From assembly GCA_011109175.1 (NCBI GenBank), contig RDEW01000066.1:151853-191243 (forward strand): a stretch of 39,391 nt of DNA. The letters run 5' to 3'. The notes beneath the pieces are model-generated. The model searched no databases. It saw only the letters and a program-made list of their open reading frames with translations, and was not told the DNA's origin. The first letter of the stretch is position 1. Each line of letters starts with the position of its first letter. This document shows positions 12,404 through 25,330 of this stretch, one piece after another. A program made the position numbers and the translations under genes. The DNA is from Dicyema japonicum. Its lineage: Eukaryota; Animalia; Dicyemida.

Positions 12404-13850
12404 TCAAAAGTCAACACGTTTTCGGTAAGCCTGAGCAAGTGACCATATAATTGAAGAAATAAAGTATACAATGATTCCAATCGTCAAAAAATAAGAAAAT
12501 GTCCCAGTCTAAGCTTAATAAATCCAACAAACCACCTTATTATAAACGGGATTGTATAAACTCATTTTTTGTCCAATGACATAATCAGACAAGGCCTTCT
12601 CTAAATAGTTTCCTATATATGGAAGGTAGCTACAAATCACAAACACTGTAAACCTCAAAAATGAAATTATTCCTTCTGTGTGGTGCTCACTGAAGATCAC
12701 AACGATGACCAAAACCTTCACTTATATACATTTAGAACCTGGATTTGAGCTTTTATAAAACTTTTCCCGATTAAGGTAGGCCCAAAAAATTTCCAAAAAG
12801 GAATGTGGAAATGACCACATGTGATTCCCGCCAAATCATATAAAGGATTGGGAATCTAAAATTACTTTATTTATAAAAAAAACAGAGGCACAGGCGAGGA
12901 TTCCCCAAAATCCAAGTTTTCTTATCAATTTGTATACAAAGACTTGAATGCGGTCAATAACGTCCTATGATTAAAAATTATATTTAAATACCAAGTCATT
13001 TGGGTCCAAGTTTTCGAGCTCTTGAAGTCTATTGAAATTCCGATCTTGTACCCCAGCCATGGATGAGGCTCGAGCTATAAAATATGGTGGCAATTCTCCT
13101 ATGGCTGTACCCAGTCCCTGAAGTAAAATCTATAGAACAAACCCATAAAAACGTTTCTAACTTAAAATAAAATAGTTTTCCCACCGTCACTAAAGATTTT
13201 ACCACGTTTTCTGGACAATAAATTCTAAAAAATATTTTAAAAATGCATTCACTCGTAAGGATATGGAGGTTGTGGAAAATTAAGTGTGCCACACTCATAC
13301 GCAGAAATGGTGACTTGTGCGACATGAGGTGCCTTAAAGATTACAAATATAATAATACAAGGTATAAGACAAACGTATGAAGTCCACAACCCAGTCCAAC
13401 TGAGGAGAGGATCCCAAGCCAGACCCAGCGACCATGCAAATAATAGTATATAACAGCTTAGGATAATTACTTCAATCTTACTCTTTCTGGAATGTCAATA
13501 AAGTAGTATGAGAAAGTTAAAGAAATAGTCGTTATAAGTATGATTTTTAATATATTTGTACTTCTGGAAATACTGACGATATACTACTTAGTATTATACC
13601 TCAAAACAAATTGGTTGCTCACGTAGATTAGTTGTAATAATGCTTGGAATAGTATTAGAATGATCTCGTAGATTAAAAGACCACAGAAAAGACATGTAAT
13701 AATGGTACTAGACCTGACTATTTTTATTCTGAATTTAAATTAAAACCATAAGTTGACTAAATTTAAATATATTTTATTAAAAAATATAATTTTTTGATCT
13801 TTAAGAATTTATTCGATTCAACAATCTTTAGATTCTATCTCCGACAGCCA
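12404..13850 (-). CDS. VMP1: Vacuole membrane protein 1 (TMEM49, DedA-family ER scramblase); start codon uncertain
   Basis: Spliced reconstruction gives [23 protein letters not shown]|[62 protein letters not shown] and C-terminal [20 protein letters not shown] (TGA at 12404-12406). All are hallmark VMP1 motifs. Confidence 0.92.
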
Positions 13851-14278
13851 TTTAGTAATAAATCTTAAGTGTAAAATGTTTATATTTTAATTAATTGTTA
13901 TATTTTTTTAAGTTAAATAAAAGTATGTCCAATATATAAAAGGTGACGTGCTTTGTAATTAATTTTAAATATGTTTTTCTTGTGGTTCTTTATATCTTAA
14001 TAGCTTTTTCATGTTGTTTTGTACCCTATGATGTTTTGAGTAATTGCTATCTGATTAACTTTATGATTACCCAATTTTTCTGAGGCAAATTAGAATAAAT
14101 AATATTGAAAGCTTTAATGTACCTCTACTTTTATTGGAGTCTTCCAATATGTCATATTTCACCTATCAACAGTAGCAACATGGCAATAATAACAAAGCTG
14201 TGAAAAATGTTGGTTTCGGATATTTTGGCCAGACTGTAAAATTAATATTTATGTTTGACCTCGACCAATATTCTAAGA

Positions 14279-15466
14279 CAGCGGTTCTCAACCTTTTTTT
14301 AGACTGGAGATCACTTTTTCGCTATAAAATTTTGTTTGGACCACCTTAAATAAAATAAACATTTTTTGCTATTAGCGCACAATTTTGGCCTCGTCAGGGG
14401 CAGGTTTAGACATGTTCGACTATTTATTATATAAAAATAACATGAACATTTTTAAAATAACAGGCAATCTAACAGTAATTCAGTGAGATTTCTGATCTTG
14501 TCTGTTCAGAATAAATTTACTTCGAATATAGTGTTTAGTGTTTACAACAGTATTTAGTGTTTTTCTTAACTACGAACACATAGTTTTTGAACAAAGTGCA
14601 TATTAGTTTTTGAACAGGTCTTGTAACAATAACAGGAACCAAGTCCTTAGTACAAGTAACAAGTTCATATTGATGACCAATCATTGCAGGTGCACCGTCA
14701 GTACATATAGATCCAACTTTATCCCATTGGATTTTATTCGTCTTCATAAATTGTCAAAAATATTAAAAATGTCCTCTCCACGAGTGTATCCATCCATCTC
14801 CAAACAAAATAAAAACTCATCAATAATATTTACATGATCAACAAAGCGAACATACGACACAAGCTGACAAACGTTAGAAATGTCATTTGACTCGTCCAAT
14901 TGGATATTTATCCTGCATTACTTTAATTGATTCGATTAATTAATTGTTCCAAGATATCACATGATAATTCTGAAATTCTACGAGAAATTAAATCCTTGGA
15001 TGATTTGTCCTTAGGCTTGGGAACTGCATCTAGGTTTAATTAACTTTTCCCCAGAATTATGTGCAGCTTTGTTTTTTGCAATAATCATTGAGACCTATTT
15101 GTTCTAGATATAAATTAAAATTACAGCATCTGATGCTTCTAATCTCAGTTTATATTGGGATTTATTAAACCATTCAAGCTTTTGCTTTGAATCAAATTTT
15201 TTCTCAAAATTATACGGCAAATCATGCATTTTGCCTTCATTTCATTATTTGAGGTAACAAATTTAGTGAATCCAAATTTTACGTAAGAATCCGACTAAAG
15301 ACGACGATTTTAGTTATCCATAAGTAAAATGATAAACCACGCTAATAAAAGCAAGTTAATTTCAATTTTTTGGTTTATACTTAATTACACAATTAGTTTT
15401 ACCTTTAATATATTTTTATTTTTTCAAAATTCCTGGGGACCACTAAAAATTTTCTGGGGACTGCTG
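14279..15466 (-). mobile_element. Internally deleted hAT (Buster/Charlie, ZBED8/SCAND3-like) DNA transposon with TIRs and 8-bp TSD
   Basis: Perfect TSD TTCTAAGA at 14271-14278 and 15467-15474 (nnnTAnnn pattern). Imperfect TIRs CAGCGGTTCTCA / TGGGGACTGCTG. Minus-strand transposase remnants DSYVKFGFT...AKCMIC, IQLDESNDISNVCQLVSYVRF and SICTDGAPAMIG. Confidence 0.92.
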
Positions 15467-15474
15467 TTCTAAGA

Positions 15475-15540
15475 CATAGGTTCCCAACCTATGCGTCGCT
15501 AGACATATTTTGGTGCGTCGCAAAAAATTGTAAATATAAC
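15475..15540 (+). mobile_element. Probable terminus of a second Buster-type hAT element (other end not found)
   Basis: CATAGGTTCCCAACC begins immediately after the TTCTAAGA TSD and resembles the CA(G/T)NGGTTC(C/T)CAA TIR type. Followed by a repeated TGCGTCGC subterminal motif. Confidence 0.55.
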
Positions 15541-15699
15541 AAAGTTAATTTAATTTATATGACCTTTTTTGAAACCGCGAATAAGTAATAATTAAGTGCA
15601 TTCCAACATTTTCCTAACATAAAAATTCCTCCTTTTCGAGTGTTTTTTTTCTATTCTCAAGTTAGTTTTTTTTCTTAATTTAAATTAGATTGGTTTTTA

Positions 15700-16680
15700 T
15701 AAACGTGTGATGACAGACTGTTAAAGACAAACCTGAAGGCTATTCTGATGTTCAGTTATCGAATGTCTTTTTAAATATTACCATCTGAATATTCGTTCTT
15801 GACCGCTATTTGATACTTAACATTTTTATATATTTCTTATAAAACGTTGAAAACGGCTCCGTCCCACTTAAAGACGATAGGGACTATTTCCACGGGAGTA
15901 TAGTATTCTATGCATTCCAGCTAATAAATCCTATATAGAATTTTTTTAGATAACGATTTCATTTGTATTTTGTCATAAATGAAGATTTCGTGTTTATGAC
16001 ATTGATTTAATGTTATATTAAAAAGGTTTATTGTAGTATGAACTATTTAACCATCTTTGAGTTATTCTGAAAATATCTTGGTGTCGACTCGATGATAGGT
16101 GTAGAGAAATTTCCAACATCATTCGGAGTGGTTGCAACGGCGGAATCACTCTCTTCGTTTAAAAATGAGGAATTTAATCTGGAATCAAAGGAATTCATGT
16201 GAAAATCAAGTATTTTCTAGAATAAATAAAATCGATTATGCATATTCGTACTTTAATGAATTCAGATATCTTGTGACGTTCGCTGACGAGGAATAGTTCC
16301 TGTTCTATTACTTCTCGTTCGTTCAAATAGGCCAAAAATCTCGATCCACAAATCAACCTTCATTTCTTCTGACCTGAATCGTTTTTTTGACCAACTTGAG
16401 GGATAAATATTACTCTAAGTAATATTAGTTGGTTTAACAAATACGTCTAAACTACTTTCCTTTTCATGAATAATATTATTTTTTAATTCTTCGAAGAAAC
16501 TTCTCCTGTTAATTGGGCAATCGATCGAAGATGACTTTCGTAATGTTGTCCTTATATTTTCATTCTGCAAATCGCTTTGGAATACAAAGCTGTTCCTCAT
16601 TAATGTGATAAGGAATAATAAATCGATCAAAATGTATTTATATGAAAAATACGGATTATTTTATTGATAAAATGACATAA
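15700..16680 (-). CDS. Possible unidentified multi-exon gene
   Basis: Coding-like minus-strand stretches (ORF 16415-16630; further acidic, Ser-rich segments ~16070-16390) and a candidate ~35-nt GT-AG intron near 16217-16251. No family recognised. Confidence 0.3.
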
Positions 16681-17483
16681 ATAATAAATAAGAATTTTAT
16701 AAATTAATATACCTGGAGTGAAACCTGTCAATAAATTACCATTTACCAACAATCAATGTTTCAGTCATGAAAGAAATTATTATTTTTAAAATACATCATT
16801 TCTTTAAAAATTAAAAGGTCTCAAAATCAAAATGGAGGTGTGTCATCTTAAATATTCATATAATTAACCTATATAAGTGGAAGAAAATATGATATTAAAC
16901 AATATTTCGGATATTTCCTAGTTACCGCCTTTATTAACTAAATAAATTAACTACTTAAATTTCTAATGAAATAACGAGCTTTTGGAATGAACAAGGGGCG
17001 GTACTTCATATACTCTTTTCCCTACATCTTCCTCTTTTCTGGTCCTTCAAACTTTCGAGAAAATACTTTCCAAGGCCTCTCACTGATAAATTTCAGTAAA
17101 GAACTGCATCAGGGAGTATATTTCACGAGAAACAAATTAAGGGACTTCATAAAATCGATATGCCTCTATGTGTAATCATTGCAAAGCGTTATGTGTACTT
17201 TTCGCATTAGTGGGCTTATTTTTATTGTGGTTACATTTTCAAAGACCAATGAAAGTCTATTTTATATGCTCATCTTATAAAAATTATATAAAATGTTTTT
17301 AGAAAAGATAGATTTTTCTGTTGCCTCTCTAAAACTAATTAAATAGGGGACTTGGAATTTTATTTGAATATATATCAGTACAAAACTAATAAAATATTTA
17401 ATAGATTTTTATTTAAAAATAATTATTAATTAAATAGCACGTTTTAATTTTGAATTTAAGACTGTATTGTGAATACAGTACAA

Positions 17484-18580
17484 ATGATTGGAGACAGTGA
17501 ATACAAACTAGATATAAGCCTTCCTAAGCTTTCAAGACTACATTAAACGCGATCCTTCCTCTTACATTGACGAAGTAAAATAATTTATTAATTTAAAGTT
17601 TTCAGTACAATATCAACATTACCATTCATGTCTTAAAATATTTATAAACAATCCTTCACATAACGCTCAGAAATTCCTTTCTTTGGTCGCATTTGTATCC
17701 CACGTATAATTAAGTAATCCAATTAGTTAGGTAGCCCATCTCTATCCCCAAAAAACAACAGAATTCGCTAGGGAAGTACTCTCAGTTTTAAAAGAACTTG
17801 CAACAGTCCTACGACCAGATGTTCGACTGGTTTAGTACTCTGTTCATTGGTAGGGATTGTGCAAATCTCTGATTATATTACGCAATAAAAGATGTTGCAG
17901 TGCATCTTTTCTTGTAGAAGAGTTCTTCCAATTACATCACTGTGATGATCGACCTCTCCGAAAGCTTATATTCTCATTTATTCTGTGCGCAATTCAACGT
18001 CCTCTCGAGTCAAACGAAGGAAAGGAACTTCGAAATTTTGTTTTAAACAAATTAGCAGGAAATGAAGGCGATGCTCGACTGGCATTGGTAGTTGTCTATT
18101 TTACATTCTGTAGAAACTTTCAACCGAGTTATGCAGACGTGGTTATTGGAAGGATGACAAGGCGATAAACGCAGTAGCAGGGATGTGTCTCTCTGACTCG
18201 GAAGCTCTTTCAATAATCGCTATTGCATTTTTCCTCGCAACTACAAAGGAATGCGGGCTAGTAGATGAGGAAGATCAGGTTAGTTGTTTGATTAGTCACA
18301 TGATAGAAATCCTCTATTAAAGCTGTAAAATTAGCTCACAGAGTCGGCAAGAAGACTGCTGGAAGGAAACGAGTAATGGAAAGGAGAATTAGACAAATCG
18401 AAACTAATCTTGCACATAATAACACACAGAAAGGAGTAATATGGGCTACGAGCCACTCTACAATATTTATGACCCTCAGAAATTTGCGTCCAAGCTCTAT
18501 AAGCGTCTTGAAGCTAGTAAATCTCGATTCCAAATGAGACTTATGTTGATGAATTTGGTGTCCCGACTTATTGGTATACA
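17484..18580 (+). CDS. SDA1: SDA1 / SDAD1 60S ribosome biogenesis factor, 5' part only (ends at gap)
   Basis: Spliced: LPKLQDYIKRDPSSYIDE|FSVQYQHY, LCKSLIILRNK, ELCRRGYWKDDKAINAV, IYDPQKFASKL...RFQMRLMLMNLVSRLIGI. Introns at 17575-17598, 17704-17730, 17830-17853, 18088-18113 and 18279-18306. Confidence 0.92.
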
Positions 18581-18798
18581 NNNNNNNNNNNNNNNNNNNN
18601 NNNNNNNNNNNNNNNNNNNNNNNNNNNNNNNNNNNNNNNNNNNNNNNNNNNNNNNNNNNNNNNNNNNNNNNNNNNNNNNNNNNNNNNNNNNNNNNNNNNN
18701 NNNNNNNNNNNNNNNNNNNNNNNNNNNNNNNNNNNNNNNNNNNNNNNNNNNNNNNNNNNNNNNNNNNNNNNNNNNNNNNNNNNNNNNNNNNNNNNNNN
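18581..18798. other. Assembly gap (N run)
   Basis: Run of N. Confidence 1.
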
Positions 18799-20270
18799 AG
18801 GGTGGGGATCAATATCTGCAAATTTATCACAAAGAGAAGAAAGCGCATTCCTCTTGGAATTAAGAATACGGATGGCGGATTGGTCGTGGATCGGAGCACC
18901 CAAGATTTCGAGATCAGCAGTAGAAGTATGCCTCAGATCGAGCAAAAGGCCTCGAAAATGATCACAAATGTTTCCAAAGCTGACACGATCGATGTTAAGA
19001 TTTACAATTTCAGATTTGAGAGAATTAATTTCAAGACCAATGGATGACAAAGCTGGGATTAGAGATTCCAAGTCGTTTAGTAAAATATCGGGCGGACCAC
19101 CGATAGTACAATCATCCAAATACCAAATATTAAGAGGCGACGAATTCTTACGGGCAACAAAATCTACGGAAAGGGCAATAATAATGGACCAAAAGGGTCG
19201 CCTTGCTGTACACCGCAAGAAGAAGAAATAAAGAATCACCCGCAGCAAAAGGCTCGGGTACCCATATGAAAGAAAAACAAATGGCAGCAATGAAGGAATT
19301 CTGTCTTTACAAACCTCAAGTAGATGCTCTCTGTTGAGAAAATTGAACGCATTTTTAACATCCAATTTTAATAATAGCCGGGGCTGTTCAGAAAGGCGGA
19401 CGATTCAATAAAACACCGGGATGCGTGCACCGAGGCTCCACCGCCAGACACGCAACTGAATGGGCTGGAGTTCGTCACTAATAGAAGGAATTACCAGCTT
19501 GCATCCGACTTTAAGCAAACAAAACGACGAAAACGTTCCCGACAGCAATAGGCCTAATGCCGCCGTCTTTTTCCCCAATGCTGTCAGGTTCGCCAAGAAG
19601 AAAAGCAATCTAGCCGTGCTCAGATATATCCCACGGAGAAATAAGTTACATAGCTTGGTGATGGATTGAGAAAGACAGTTTCCAGCCTTGCAGTATCGGA
19701 AATGGAGGTCGATTAAGTGAATGGGACGGAGACGTCAACACCACCACTATGTTGCCTCTGAACGATTTCAGAACAAACAAAAGTTGTTGGACAGACGAAG
19801 AAGCAATCGTGACCCCTCAGGTGTTCGGGAACAAACGTTAGGCACATTGCAGTCGGGTGCTTAGAACTTGAGAATCTTGACTACGTCCGGAGTATCGTGC
19901 GGACAGAATCTGAAGATGAAAGAATACGGACAGCAGAACGACGTCTTGCGCCCATTAAGCAGGAGTTGATGCTTTGCGTAACCGAATGGGGGTTGTCTTT
20001 ATGAATGGTTGGAGTTGATTTGTTTGACTTGCCCAAAAGAGGAGGCAGAATGAAGGATTCCTTAATGAACTCAATTATCTTTTCTTTGATGGAGAGGAAA
20101 GGGATTTGTCCGAGCAAGAACCTTCGAACTGGGGCGGGCGAGAACAAATATTACAAAGCAGAAGAGTCGGTTCCAATTCGGAATGGTCTGGTAGCGAATG
20201 ACCGATTCTATTAAAGCCGACAAAGCCTTAGCCGCAGAAAAACGGGCGGATCTGGGAATTGTTTTTAATA
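18799..20270 (-). mobile_element. Degenerate CRE-clade-like non-LTR retrotransposon, reverse transcriptase region
   Basis: LANLTALGKK.GGIRPIAVGNVF, LQPIQL, LDVKNAFN, GVQQGDPFG (frameshifted), WYLDDCTIGG, IGLEIN..KSE and ILGAPI. The YLDD-type RT motifs are typical of CRE-like elements. Confidence 0.88.
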
Positions 20271-20734
20271 CTACTCAACAATGACTCTATCTGCAAACCA
20301 CGTAGTCACTTCCAAATCTCATCGAGTATGTATATTTCATATCTACAATACAGGAATTCTATGATTATGGCTATGTGAGTTTTTCTTTTCTGTTCGGCCC
20401 ACAAAATTGCTACTTTTTTCAAGGAAATTAATTTTCACCTTTCAAGTTGGCTTTGAAGTCAAAAAGCAGTTTTCTGCCTAAAAGGTAACTGATGCAAGTC
20501 CCTTTTAATTGTATTTCTTGGAGGATACAGTCATTCTTTAAAAGCTGGTTTCATGTGAATTTCCATGTCAATCAATACTTTCTGAAAATTTGTCCATTTC
20601 TTCGAATAGGATGGTTCCAATAATTATTGATGGAATCGATAGACCCAGTACATGTTTTGTGTTGCAATTTTTTCTAATTGTCATATCATATTGATATGAT
20701 ATAAATAATTAAGTTGAATATATAAAATCAGTCG

Positions 20735-21150
20735 CTCCTCTAGAGCTAGTCGGTCTCTGCCGGAGTGATAGAAAGCGTCCTGACGAGATGACTACCTTCC
20801 TTTTAGGGAAGGTAAGTCCCTGGTTTGGGATGCCACCTGTGTTGACTCGTTTTCTGCGACGATGTTATCAAAGACCATCAGCAACCCGGGTTCCGCCAGT
20901 GTTCAGGCTGAAGACGCAAAAAGGACGAATATGAAAGTATTTCGGACTCTTTCGAGTTTGTCCCCCCTCGCCTTCGAAACCTCTGGAATCGTCGGCAAGG
21001 CTGCGACTCAACTTCTTGCTGACATTGGTAGGAGAACTTTCACGAAAATAAACGGCCTGAATAAGACAAGCTGGGTTTACCAGGGAATCTCGGTCTCACT
21101 GCTTTTCAGGAACTGGCATTCAATATGCGATGCGTCGTCGTTGAGTTGAC
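20735..21150 (+). mobile_element. 3' endonuclease fragment of a CRE-like retrotransposon
   Basis: LE.VGL.RSD.KRPD.MT...GK.LVWDATCVDSFS...PGSA..AE..K, PLAFETSG, YQGISVSL..RN. Homologous to the copies at 22680 and 23760. Confidence 0.8.
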
Positions 21151-21965
21151 CCTTAGGTTGTTGCTTATCCTTTTAAAAACATCAGAAGATAAGACCATCG
21201 TACGTAAAAAAACACTTATTCCTATTGGAAGACATTCTAACTACTTATTCCGATTTCAAAACGATCTGACTCGTGTCAGGGAATACACCAAAAGCTTACC
21301 AGAAATATTTTTTTAGGAAATTAGATCTATACGATAATCGTGATAATATTTCGATAATAATATTTATTAATTAAAAAATTATATTTTTTCAAAAATTAAT
21401 TTAAATAAGTTCAACAATGGACGGTGGAGTACGAAGGAAGCAACTTTTCAGTCGGGGTCAAGTCTTGTCAACGTTCCCCCCGTGCGGCGAAGAGTCTTTC
21501 TGGCACGATTTTCCTACTTTCCCTGATCACATTACCAATGACAAAACTCCATTATGAAAAATCCTTCCCGAAACAAATTAAGTGCGGAGGCTGACAAATG
21601 GTACATGGGCATACCAAAATTTGGATACGGAAGTCAGTAATGAAGAATTTGGAGGTCTATGTTGATCGGCACAAACAATTCCTTTCCCTCGTTCGATTAG
21701 TTAGTTGTGACTGTTGTTTGTGTCCGGTTGCTACTACACCCCTCGACATTAAAATCCGAACGCTTAATTTTAAGCAAATTTGTAATCATTTTCAATAAAT
21801 AATTTATTTGAGCTTCTTATTTGTATTATTTTAACTATTTATATATTTAAATAGATATTCGAACATATAATTTTAATAATTAAAGCAGAAACGTGTTTTC
21901 TAGTGACAAAAAATTCCGAACGGTAATTTGTTCAAACCGTAAAATACGATTTTTATTAGACAGAA

Positions 21966-22598
21966 ATGAATAATTTCGAACAAGGACAAGTTATATCTTT
22001 ATATAATCAAAATTTCTCATATAAATGATTTCGGACATCGTCAATATACCGAAGACTACTGTTTGGGACTTTGTTCAAAAATATTTAAAATCCGGGATTA
22101 CGTGCAGAAAGGCTGGATCCGGAAGGCCACCTAAGTTAAGTCAAGATGAAATTAAGATTCTTTTATCATTATCAAGCGATAATTTTCGAACCGCAGCTAC
22201 CTTGTCTTTAGAAATGGAAAAAAATACACAAAAAAAAGTCTCAGCACCAAAATAACAAAAATCTTAAACTCAAAGGTTTGTATGGACGTGTTGTAAAGAA
22301 ACGACCATGTCTAAGTTCAAAAAATATTGCCCTCAGATATGAAATATCTAAAAAATTTCTTGCAATTTCGACAGCGGATGGAGGAAAGTTATTTTCTCCG
22401 ACGAATGTAGCTTTGAACTTTTTTCCATTCAAGACGAATGTATCAATACAGAAAAAAGGAAATAAGTTGAGATACGCGAAGATAATACCCACTTTCAAGT
22501 TTGGTGGAGGGAAAGTTCTTGTTTGGGCTGTTTTTCGTATTTCGGAATGGGGAAATTAGTTTTTATTGATGGAAAAATGAACTCTGGGGAATATATTA
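21966..22598 (+). mobile_element. Tc1/mariner transposase, frameshifted and 3'-truncated
   Basis: Paired-like HTH (ISDIVNIPKTTVWDFVQK), GSGRPPKL, W.KVIFSDE (first catalytic Asp), PTFKFGGGKVLVW and GKLVFIDGKMNS..YI. The rest of the DD34E domain is missing. Confidence 0.9.
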
Positions 22599-22679
22599 TG
22601 TGACATGGGCAACCATGTCGCTATGGGCAGCCTGTCTATTTACGTGTATCCATGACAACCGCAGAAAAATATTAAATAT

Positions 22680-23645
22680 TGAATATAGCGGTCTGGGGCT
22701 TCGCTCCGCGCTCGACCTTTCTCTTCCCGCTTTTCTTTCATCTTCTTCAGGATTGTATCTTCTTGTCCATAAGATTCTTGAAAAATCAAACTTTGGACTC
22801 TGATATCAATTCCGCACTCTCGCTTTGGAAAGAAAAGGATTTCGTCTTACCTTCAGAGCGATCTCTCCAACGTGAATGGGATAAAATTATTTGTGGACAT
22901 TATGTTGACTCGCTGGAGCGTCTCTTGGACCAGCACAGACTAGCTTGTTTCCGCGCCAGTCGCCAACCCTATTCTGGCTCTTGGCTTAACTGCCTTCCCA
23001 CGACCATTTGGATACCTGCCTCGACTCTGATGCCCTCCGTTTTGGAATATGCCTTCGCCTCGGACTACCGACGTGTAACCCCCACCCCTGCCGGTGTGGA
23101 TCAATGATGGACACATACGGGCTCCATGCTCTTTCCTGCAAGAAAAGCGCAGGTCGTATTCCTCGCCATTCGGCTCTTAACAAGATCATTCTCGAGGCCC
23201 TCGAAAAGGCAGGGTATCCTTCTGTCCTTGAGCCAATTGGCCTCGACCGTGGTGATGGAAAAAGGCCTGATGGCTCTACATTGTTCCCTTTCGACACTGG
23301 TAAACCATTAGTTTGGGATGCCACGTGTGTTGATACCTTTTCCAAGTCGGCCATCAACGAATCCGCATCTCTGCCCGGGTCTCGTGCTAATAGGGCCGAA
23401 TCTACTAAATTCAAGAATATCAGCGCTTGTTAGACGGCTTTTGGTTTTGGCCAATTGTTGTTGAGACTTCGTGTGTCTTTGGCACAAAGACAGTGAATTA
23501 TCTGAAAAGACTTGGCCACCTCTGTTCATTACGCTCAAAGGATCCTAGGGAATTTACTTTCCTAATGCAAAGGATCCTTTTGGCCGTTGTGCGTGGTAAC
23601 AGCTGTTCCATCCGGCTTGCTGGCCGATTAGGTTAATTAGTTAAT
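22680..23645 (+). mobile_element. 5'-truncated CRE-like retrotransposon (zinc knuckle plus RLE)
   Basis: GLGLRSA.DL, SGSWLNCLP, CLRLGL..C.PHPCRCG..D.YGLHALSC, RH..LN.I, KRPDG...PF..GKPLVWDATC, WPIVVETS, LMQRI.LAVVRGN. Confidence 0.9.
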
Positions 23646-23759
23646 TTGTTTACTCATTTCCTCTTAAAATAAAATATAGCAATTCATAAATGGAAGAGTG
23701 TAGATAAATCAATAATTCTAATTAAAAATTGCAATTGAATAAATTTTTTTTATAGTTAA

Positions 23760-24540
23760 ATTTTTAGGAACTGATAATTAAGGAAAATAGGAGGGAAGAG
23801 GTCACCCAGCCCAGCGGAAAGAATCGCTTGGCTGTTCCCTCGGAGGACCGCCAATGAGAGACGCTGAAACAGCCATTGGGTCTCGCGAGGGTCCTTCGTG
23901 CACACAGAAATCAGCGATCCGAGCCGCCTGACGAAGGAGAGAGAGGATGGTCCGAAAATCCCGGATGTTTCCACGACTATCGGCTGGACGATAAAGTCTT
24001 CGCCGAGTTTCTGGTATTTCGTGAGCTTTAGTTTTTCGTATGTTCTTGCTGCCGATCCCGGGTCGGAGGCCGAGTTAACGAGGTTGGACTGAGAGAAAGT
24101 GTCGGTACATGCGCAGTCCCATGCTAGACATTTACCCTTCAGGAAAGGGAAGAACGTAACGCCATCTGGGCGTTTTCCATCTTCACGAAAAAGCCCGGGG
24201 GGTTCAGTTGAGCTGGAATGCCCGCAGAGTCTAGGGCGTTCTTAATGATTCCGTTGAGTGCTTTATGTCTCGGGAAACGACCGGTGCTGCGCCTGCAAGA
24301 GAGAGCATGTCTGCCAAGTTCATCCACAAGTCGATCCACATTTGCATGGGTGTGGAGAGCATATTCTCAAACATAGACGCAGGCATAAACCAACACGTAA
24401 ACTCTCATTATCAAGCTTGCAACCAACCGACGGAAGTGGGCAGGCATTGAGCCAGGCCCCAGATTGTGTCTGGGCAGCACACCTCAAGCAGGCAAGTTGA
24501 TTCTGGTTCAAAGAAGATTCCAGAGATCCGTATAGGGACT
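23760..24540 (-). mobile_element. 5'-truncated CRE-like retrotransposon (different subfamily), tail-to-tail with the previous copy
   Basis: [79 protein letters not shown]. Confidence 0.9.
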
Positions 24541-24612
24541 GAATTATCTTTTTAAAAATGGCCTACCCAAAAGTATATTAATTTTAACAGCGTGTTTTCA
24601 GACAGTTGATTA

Positions 24613-25330
24613 TGTCTGGGTTTAAGGGTTACGTCAGAAATATTTCAGAATACAATCAAATTAAGGAAGCGTTAATCGGGATATTCCCGGAGGATATGAA
24701 TGCCCGAGGCCGACGCCGGTTAGCCGAAAAAGCTTCCCATTTCTGTCAACAAAATGATAAGTATTAATCTGTTTTAATCCATAGACTTTATTTGAAAGGG
24801 AAATTTGAAAAACTTGTAATTCCCTCGGACTGTCTGGCAGAGATGGAGACCCATGCCCGTTCTCTCCACCTGATGTCTCATGGAGGGGTCAATAAAATTG
24901 AATTTCTCTGTCGTCGACATTACTTTATCGTGAAAAGTGAGGTCATAAGGAAAGTAATTTCAGAGTGCGATCTCTGCAAGTTTTCTCTTCCACTTAAAGT
25001 TAACTCTGTTTTATTAATGGTTTAGACCGTGGATGAAACTAATCATGTTTTTGCCTCTGTTCCGAATGAACGGTTTCCAAATTGACCTCATTGATTTGAA
25101 AAGGTCGGTTTAATAATTATAATTATCTTAGTTTCGCCTTTGCTAGGAAACTAATGAATAAGTCAGGGTTTGAGATTTCTAAAAATCTCGAGTTCTTATT
25201 TTATCTCAATGGTCCCTGTCAGATTCTACAATCGGACAGAATTAAAAAATGCAGACATCCGGGGTCTTTGTGAAAAATTCAAAATTCAACATATTTACAG
25301 AAGACCTAATAATCCTAGATCACAGGTTAG
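24613..25330 (+). mobile_element. Degenerate intron-containing rve integrase (Ginger/KRBA2-SCAND3-like)
   Basis: H...SHGGVNK...VISECDLC (H2C2 finger), NERFQIDLIDL, FAFARKL.NKS..EI, GPCQILQSD, RPNNPRSQ. Frame is joined by GT-AG introns 24761-24784 (24 nt) and 24999-25025 (27 nt). No RT or gag seen adjacent. Confidence 0.8.

Noticed and set aside
21895-21930. Tc1 left TIR
   Set aside because: Weak resemblance only, and no matching right end exists to confirm it.
23636-23760. Spliced-leader RNA target between the CRE-like copies
   Set aside because: Only AT-rich sequence, with no convincing donor, stem-loops or Sm site.
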